NCBI RefSeq assembly: GCF_001194135.2
Contig: NC_068993.1
Span: 57,281,822-57,333,044 of the forward strand
Reading direction: 5' to 3'
DNA: 51,223 nt
DNA from: Octopus bimaculoides
Lineage: Eukaryota
The notes beneath the pieces were generated by a model, which made no database searches, was not told where the DNA came from, and saw nothing but the letters and a program-made list of their open reading frames with translations. Position numbers and translations under genes: made by a program. Of the stretch, positions 49,621-51,223 are shown in pieces (the stretch's first letter is position 1; the number at the start of each line of letters is the position of its first letter).

Positions 49621-50105
49621 TATATATATAAGCTAATGAGTACTAACCTACAAGCTATATTGGTATGCTAGAGTAAGAGAATACCGGACAAAGAACAAAG
49701 AAAACATCAATATTCATCGGTCGAAAATTAACGCAGACATTGAAACACAAATTGTATACGAAACATTTACAAACAACCTACCACAGGCAAATGACAACCA
49801 ATCCTATTGAACTGCACTCTTGCTATATATATATATGTACTTTTAAAGAGAGTGAGAGGGAGAGATATAAAGAGAGAGAGAGAGAGTGTGTGTATGTGTG
49901 TGTGCACGAAAGAGAAAGAGAGGCAAGAGAGCAGTTGAATAGGATTGGTTGTCTTTTGCCTGTGGTGGGCTGTGTTTGTAAATGTTTCGTATATAATTTG
50001 TGTTTCAATATTGATGTATTTTTGTTCTTTGTCAGTTATTCTACTATTCTAGCACACTATCAGACTATATAGCTTGTACATTAATAGTCATTAGCTTATA
50101 TATAT
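49621..50105. repeat. ~190-bp imperfect inverted repeat (arms 49621-49823 and 49923-50105) around a 99-bp microsatellite spacer
   Basis: Arms are reverse complements except for scattered substitutions and a 27-nt insertion in the left arm; ORFs 49740+ and 50008- both begin MKHKLYTKHLQT. Confidence 0.92.
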
Positions 50106-50440
50106 GTATGTATATATATGTACATATATATATATATATATTGGCTTAAAATGTGGAGTAGATAAACAGCTGATAACTGATGAAGAGTCGTTCTTTATGT
50201 TACTTGTCTTGTTTTCTATNNNNNNNNNNNNNNNNNNNNNNNNNNNNNNNNNNNNNNNNNNNNNNNNNNNNNNNNNNNNNNNNNNNNNNNNNNNNNNNNN
50301 NNNNNNNNNNNNNNNNNNTATATATTATATGCCTATTATATATATATATATATTATGCATTATTATGCATTATTATGATTGACCGTTGACTGAACACTAT
50401 TCAATTGTTTTTCTCCGTGTTTTTCTCCTTGTCTCCGTAT

Positions 50441-50477
50441 TCTTTCTGTTGAAGAGCGTAGCTCAAAACGTCAAAGA
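50441..50477 (+). ncRNA. Minimal hammerhead-like motif, copy 1 (probably inactive, G12->A)
   Basis: Stem I TCTTT/AAAGA; core CTGTTGA 50446-50452; stem II GAGC-GTA-GCTC; AAAA instead of GAAA; palindromic ACGT stem III; GUC triplet with C at 50472. Confidence 0.5.
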
Positions 50478-51160
50478 CTTTCCGTATTCCCGAGCGTCAT
50501 ACTAATATATACTTTTGTTATTTACACCACCTGTCCTCGTCTGTTGTTATTATTTGTATATTCTCCCATATATATATATATATATTGGCTTAAAATGTGG
50601 AGTAGATAAACAGCTGATAACTGATGAAGAGTCGTTCTTTATGTTACTTGTCTTGTTTTCTATTTGTTTCTCTCTCTGTTGACAAAAGCAGTTTGACTTC
50701 GTATTTCGTGTTGTTTTTCGTATTTCATGCCGTTTAGTTGTTGCCACGTTCTGTACGTTTGTGGTTGGGCATATATGCCGTCTGTTTCTAGCATATACGC
50801 ATGCTAGCGTCTGTGCCCTTCATCTAGTACCACAATGATACTTACCGTCACATATTCACACCATACTCATACATACTCTTTGATCAGACACACGCACACA
50901 CGTGATCACAACACGCGAAAAAGCACACATTAACTGCTACACACACACACACGCGTTTCACACAAGGACCTGCACATTCACACACACTATTCTCTCATAA
51001 ACACACGCGCAAACGCACTTTCATTTGGTATCACCAGCACTTTATTATCTACCTTTCTTTCAACCTCACCTTTCAAACATTTTTTTCTAATCATTCGCCA
51101 TGCTTGACCGCTAAATCTACAAGTCTTGTTTCCTTCGCTCTCTGTTTATTGTCTCTAATT

Positions 51161-51198
51161 TCTTTCTGTTGAAGAGCGTAGGCTCGAAACGTAAATGA
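51161..51198 (+). ncRNA. Minimal hammerhead-like motif, copy 2
   Basis: Stem I TCTTT/AATGA (1 mismatch); core CTGTTGA 51166-51172; stem II GAGC-GTAG-GCTC; GAAA 51186-51189; palindromic ACGT; GUA triplet with A at 51193. Confidence 0.55.
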
Positions 51199-51223
51199 TT
51201 TTTTCATTTTCCCGAGCGTCAAA

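Larger units (their letters stand above)
50141..51223 (+). mobile_element. Tandem, (TA)n-joined non-coding repeat units (~720-bp period), probably PLE pseudo-LTR or retrozyme-like
   Basis: Unit start TTGGCTTAAAATGTGG at 50141 and 50585, each after (TA)n; homologous hammerhead-bearing segments at ~50391-50500 and ~51108-51223. Confidence 0.6.

Overview
AT-rich, microsatellite-saturated metazoan genomic DNA from a short-read draft assembly. It has about 22 N-gaps, nearly all bordered by (TA)n or (CA)n. The SINE families resemble those I recall from octopus/cephalopod genomes (inference, not verified). I found no convincing host-gene exon, true tRNA gene, intact rRNA gene or CRISPR array; almost all long ORFs in the track are artefacts of simple repeats and N runs. 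Recognisable content is transposon debris: ~20 tRNA-derived SINE copies or fragments from 4 families, two stacked R4/Dong-type retrotransposon 3' ends at a (TAA)n array, a decayed RTE LINE, a decayed Helitron helicase, and three Penelope-like element (PLE) remnants. The most interesting locus is the last 3 kb (48.4-51.2 kb). There a PLE GIY-YIG region is followed by a ~190-bp foldback inverted repeat and by (TA)n-joined units carrying two non-canonical minimal hammerhead-ribozyme motifs (core CUGUUGA) exactly 720 nt apart. Also notable are a decayed type I hammerhead at ~1.7 kb and a 28S rRNA-derived fragment plus a second SINE nested inside one SINE at ~20.2 kb.
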